Below are positions 59,305 through 64,000 of a DNA stretch of 64,000 nucleotides, in pieces; the stretch's first letter is position 1, and the number at the start of each line of letters is the position of its first letter. The DNA comes from Leucoraja erinacea (Eukaryota): positions 66,216,001 through 66,280,000 of the forward strand of contig NC_073380.1 in the NCBI RefSeq assembly GCF_028641065.1, given 5' to 3'. The notes below the pieces were generated by a model. That model was not told the DNA's origin, ran no database searches, and saw nothing but the letters and a program-made list of their open reading frames with translations. Both the position numbers and the translations under genes were made by a program.

Positions 59305-60187
59305 ACATATGATGAAAGAATGGATTGACTGGGCTTACAATATATTAAGTGGAATTTAGAAGGATGAGAGGGTATATAGAAACATATAAAATTCTTAAGG
59401 GATTCTTCAGGCTAGATGCAGGATTTGCATTTCTGTGCATTGTCACCTTGTCGTGGTGGAGAAGCTTGTGTGGACCTGAGATTCTGAGAGCGATGCCATC
59501 AAGGGGGAGATGTATGGTCGAGGGGGAGATCTCTGAAAAAGAGCAACCCAACCAAGACCTCAATAGTAGAACATGTGGAGGATGATGGCTGACCTTAGTG
59601 GAGCGTCACAACGGCTGGGAAGGCAGATGAAGGCTGCAGCAGAAAAGGGTCTCTGGTCGTCTTAGACTCCATGCCACAGGACCCTGACCCAGACCCAGAT
59701 CTGTCAAGGATCGTGGGGTGGCTATCTTTGCACCAGTCTCCCCACGTTAAGTAAAGTCACACAAAGGCGTCCTCCATATAGGGAATAGCATCCTGGAGAC
59801 ACCCATGGTCAGCTACGACCAAAGGGGTCTTAAGAAGAAAGAAGATGCAGGAAGAAATGTCCCCATGTTGGGGAAGTCCAGAACCATGGGTCACAGTTTA
59901 AGAATAAGGGGTAGACCATTTAGGACTGAGATGAGAAAATACTTTTTCAGCCAGAGAGTTGTGAATCTGTGGAATTCTCTGCCACAGAAGGCAGTGGAGG
60001 CCAATTGACTGGATATATTGAAGAGAGCATTAGATATAGCTCTTAGGGCTAACGGAATCAATTAATATGGGGAGAAAGCAGGAACTGGGTACTGATTTTG
60101 GATGATTAGCCATGATCATATTGAATGGTATGCTAGCTTCAAGGGCCAAATGACCTAATCCTGCACCTAGTTTCTATGTTTCTATGT
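59305..60187 (+). mobile_element. CR1 family A-like 3' fragment split by the RTE-derived insertion
   Basis: EFRRMRGYIETYKILKG..LDAG resumes as RNVPMLGKSRT.GHSLRIRG...; tttctatgtttctatg tail. Confidence 0.88.
59424..59842 (+). mobile_element. short non-autonomous RTE-derived element, copy 2
   Basis: 10-bp TSD AGATGCAGGA at 59414-59423 and 59843-59852; (AAG)-rich tail; homologous to 37411-37801. Confidence 0.8.
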
Positions 60188-60504
60188 TAATATAGGATTA
60201 ATGTAGATGGGTGGTTTAGGGTTGGCACAGACATAGGACCGAACAGCATGGAAACAGGCCCTTTGGCCCAACCCGTCCACGCCGACCAAGTTGCTCTACA
60301 AATCCCAATTGCCCATGTTTGGTCTATATCCCTCTAAAATAGAGGGTCTAGGCTATTGGGAGAGGTTAAGAGCAGGCATAAAAAAATAGGCATAAACCTC
60401 CGATAAGAAATATGATTGCATCCATGACAAATCTCAGATATGTTTGCAGAAATGGATTTGCAGTCTATACTTACTGCCTGCTTATCCCATTTCCCTGCTC
60501 TACT

Positions 60505-60995
60505 CAACTGAACCACCCTATCAACAAATAGAGAGCGGATCTGAGCTACCATCTACCTCACTGGAGATCCTCGGACTATCTTTAATCTGACTTTACTTTG
60601 GCCTTTATGTTATTCCCTTTATCCTGTATCTGTACGCTGTGGATGGCTTGGTTGTAATAATGCATTGTCTTTCCGCTGACTGGATGGCATGCAGCAAAGA
60701 TATTTTTCACTGTACCTCAGTACACCTGACATTAAACTAAACTAAACTCAACTCGGGTGAAGTCTGTCTGTTGCATCTTCTCCCTGTGACTGTGTGGGTT
60801 TTCTCCGGGTCCCACGCCCCAAAGACGTGAAGGTTTGTAGATTAATTGCCTTCTGTAAAATTGCCCTTAATGCGCAGAGAGTGGGTGAGAAAGTGCGATA
60901 ACATAGAACTAGTGTGAACGGTTTACCGGTGGTCAGCATGGACCAGGTGGGCCGAGGGGCCTGTTTCCATGTTTTATCTCTAAATTAAACTACAC
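60505..60995 (+). mobile_element. Rex1-type 3' UTR (about 60505-60748) followed by a V-type SINE fragment (about 60750-60995)
   Basis: ctgagctaccatctacctc...ttttcactgtacctcagtacacctgacattaaactaaac; then ttctccctgtgactgtgtgggttttctccggg. Confidence 0.65.
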
Positions 60996-62139
60996 TACAG
61001 TGGATGAAGTAGGATCGTTCACGCCAACACTGGTTAATCTCCTATCTTTACTACCCTTGTTCTGTCCTTCGCAGGACTGTGGGGAACAGGACTAAACGAT
61101 TCATCTTTCAAAGGCACGGGTCAAACAAGAAGTCTGAATGGTCTTCGGTGAGTTCCCGTCCTTTGCCTGATGGACTGATTGCCAACACAAAGTTATCATG
61201 GAAATAAATAACTCCAATCTCTCTACCAGGGTTCGTGCGTCACATTGCTCTCGGCGTTCATTTGATCTGCGGCATGAAAAAACACGAGCAGCTTCAAGCT
61301 GTGGTTCTTTGGCAAAAATTAAATAAAACATGTAAACTGAGCACCGAAGTGACAGTTAAGGTCCCGGCCCTTTCGAAATCAGATGCTGCAAAATGTGGTC
61401 CAATAATGTTTAGCGTGTAAGGTTTCAGTTTACAATCCCCATCTAAGCTTCAGATCCCTCTAATATACAGCCAGGCGTGATGTTCGCCCCTGAAATCCCG
61501 AGGCAACGTGAATAATAATTTTACTGCTCTGAATTCCTGTAAAACAGAAACTTATTGGGAATCGGTGCAAATTTGTTTTAAAATAAATTTCACCCAGGGT
61601 AAATTTATTATTAAATGTTCGTTGTGCAACGCATTGTGAGTTCCAGATTGCTTGGCGCATCGTTCAGAAAGACTTGACTAAAGACAACGGTCTAGCAGTC
61701 TATTCCTTATAACCCTTATAAACATCTAATGCAGGTGGCGCAAGCGATGCTCTTGATTTACATTTTAATTAACTGGAAAAAAATATTTAGAAATCGGAGC
61801 TCATTATCATCATGAAGTGAAATTGCACCAAACTTGACTTAATTTACAATAAATTTAATATAATGTGTTTCTTTTAAAAATACGAATGAATCTTCTGTGT
61901 CTTTCCATAATAAAGTTACTGCACAAACACTCAACAATGATTTGGACAATTTCCGAAGTACTGCATTTATAATATTGTTCTCTGTGTCTGCAATCTTTCA
62001 AAAAGAAACGAGGGTAGAGAGCAAGTTTCATTATTTGTACTGACACTACGCGCCGTGTTCTCCTCCCCTGCCAGGTCTTCAAATCATACGCACATGTGGT
62101 TTGGAATAAATATGATGAAAGTCTGGAAACAGGGTAAAG

Positions 62140-62270
62140 AGCGCCAATGAAGGCAACGGGTCTCCAACTGATAATGTACTGAACTCAGGGGGTGTGAAGC
62201 GTTAACGAGACACCATCATCAAAGAGAATGAGTGTGCCTTCCTGAATCGTTTACCCAATATAAAAGCACA
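62140..62270 (+). promoter_or_regulatory. putative PI15 core promoter (CCAAT 62144-62148, TATAAAA 62259-62265)
   Basis: Canonical TATA box upstream of a strong splice donor; locally CpG-enriched unique sequence. Confidence 0.6.
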
Positions 62271-62284
62271 ATAAGAACCGAGTC

Positions 62285-62436
62285 AGTCCAGCAGAAATCC
62301 CCCTCTCTGATACGATTCCTCCGGCTCCGCATTACAGTTAGTCTTGCCTCCGTCGCATCGCAATACACTTTTCAAAATTTCTTCCAGACAGACATCGAAA
62401 CTTGGAAGGGCTCGCGACTGTGACTGCTTGCAGCAG
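62285..62436 (+). other. PI15: putative non-coding exon 1 of PI15 (start approximate)
   Basis: Starts about 25 bp after TATA; ends at CAG|GTGAGT (62436/62437); intron runs to the acceptor tttgcag at 62741. Confidence 0.6.
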
Positions 62437-62756
62437 GTGAGTTATATTTAACGTTACACTCGAGGCATATTTAAAAAATCAGAACACGGAATTCCGCCGG
62501 GTTACAAGGAAATGCAAAATTCATCAGGTATCTTTCAATATTTTCATTTGAATGTTTCTATTTATTTGCGTTTGATAAGAGAATGGTATGTAGTTAATAA
62601 ATGCATTTGGTGTAGGTTACGGGTTCTCTGGACAGATGTGCTCATTAATTGAATGAACCAAGAGTTTGGAGATGTTGCATCTTTATAATGATCTACCTGC
62701 ACACATATTGTTCTTTATTCGGTGTAACCTCTGATTTGCAGCGCTCCGCTCTCCCG

Positions 62757-63035
62757 ATGGCAACCATGAGGCTCTGCTCCATTCTAAGTTTAATCAGGTT
62801 ATTGTGCGCTGTGCAGGGAACAAGTGCATCTATTTTGGTAAACGCCAGCGACATGCTCCTTTCATCAAACTTCAGCAGTACAGAATTGCCTTGGAGAAAA
62901 TATCCGGCACCCGAGAACGTCCCTAAAACCAGACGGAGGCGATACATCTCACAGAATGACATCTCGGCTATTCTCGATTACCACAATAAAGTTCGAGGTC
63001 GTGTCACCCCACCTGCTGCAAACATGGAATACATG
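62757..63035 (+). CDS. PI15: first coding exon of peptidase inhibitor 15 (CAP/SCP superfamily secreted protein); the gene continues beyond the window
   Basis: 93 aa: signal peptide, propeptide with NAS/NFS sequons, RRRR|YISQNDISAILDYHNKVRGRVTPPAANMEYM closely matching recalled PI15 RRKRYISQNDMIAILDYHNQVRGKVFPPAANMEYM; phase-0 donor ATG|GTGAGT; R3HDML is the less similar alternative. Confidence 0.88.
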
Positions 63036-64000
63036 GTGAGTTCACCGATCCGCTTCTGAATGCATCTCCCCCCGCGTTGGTCTGCATGTTCACCAATCAC
63101 TAAATTATAGGCGTGTTCTAGTTTGAGCAGAGGGAAAATAACACCAGACTCCCGGAGCTCTCAATAATTTCACTCCCCCTACCGGAGAGAGGACATATTT
63201 GAAAGCCAGAACCAAAATAAAAACTGGTGATCTTCAAACATTTTCGCGGTTTATTTAAAATCGCAATGAATGCCAAAAACGGACGCTAAAGAAAACAGGG
63301 ACATTGATTACTTCGAATGCCGGTGCTAGGGTTCATCCCACCTTCAGAGAGTTTTATAATGAAAGGATTAATGCTAATAAACTATTGTTTGTCAAAAATA
63401 ATCCAATCTTTTTCAATCCTCGCATTGTAATTTGGCAATATTGTGAGTTGTTTTGAAAACCTATTACAGTATTTTAGAGTATATATGTCTCGGGCGGTGA
63501 TGCTTGTAAGGTATCCACTAAACTGCTTAGTGGTTTTAATATTTATTTATCAACTTGTGTATGTCCTACTAATCAAAGTAATAACAAACAATGGAATATA
63601 CAAACAAGCAAAACATTACTTCAACAGACATTAGTAATCTATTTTTTTAACCAAAAGTAGTTGAAATGTTGAGATTAGCAATAGTTTCCTAATGTTTTTG
63701 CTAATTAATGTATTTTCATTATAATTAATTTTGAAAGAAATGGTGAATAATGATTATTTTTCTATTTCTTTTCAAGCGTATGATAAAATTAACCATGTTA
63801 AAGAACATCACCTTGTCAGCTCCTCTTACATTGAGAGAGTTGCTTCATTTGGCTCATTATCCGTGTAGCAAAATGAATAAGAGAGGAGTAGGCTGGTACA
63901 TTTTGATTTAGTCAGCCCAGTTCCTCCTAGATAAAGCTGTCTTGTGTTCAGTATAAATGGGCAGCATATTCACAATTTCGGCAGAACACACATAATGAAT

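Noticed and set aside
62649-62756. N-terminal 36 aa of ORF 62649-63059 and its C-terminal VSSPIRF
   Set aside because: Lie in the predicted intron or 5' UTR and past the splice donor; the CDS exon is 62757-63035.

Overview
Eukaryotic, vertebrate genomic DNA. The repeat repertoire (CR1, Rex1/Babar, Penelope, V-type SINEs, DIRS) suggests a cartilaginous fish such as a skate or ray, but that is inference. About 62 kb is repeat-rich intergenic sequence lying upstream of a PI15-like CAP-superfamily gene, whose promoter, non-coding exon 1 and first coding exon sit at about 62.1-63.0 kb (+). The main elements are: two structurally complete but coding-decayed DIRS1-type tyrosine-recombinase retrotransposons (3229-8540 on -, 30538-35618 on +), each with terminal inverted repeats and an internal circle-junction region and each inserted into a Penelope remnant; a full-length Gypsy LTR element (39624-44422, -) with a 5-bp TSD, PBS and PPT; many nested CR1 and Rex1 LINE fragments; Penelope remnants carrying minimal hammerhead-ribozyme-like motifs; hAT and Harbinger MITEs; Helitron-like termini; several SINE families; minisatellites; and four assembly gaps. 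I found no convincing new protein-coding system. The most interesting signals are structural features of the mobile elements. Boundaries of old repeats are approximate, and all family assignments come from motif recognition, not database searches.
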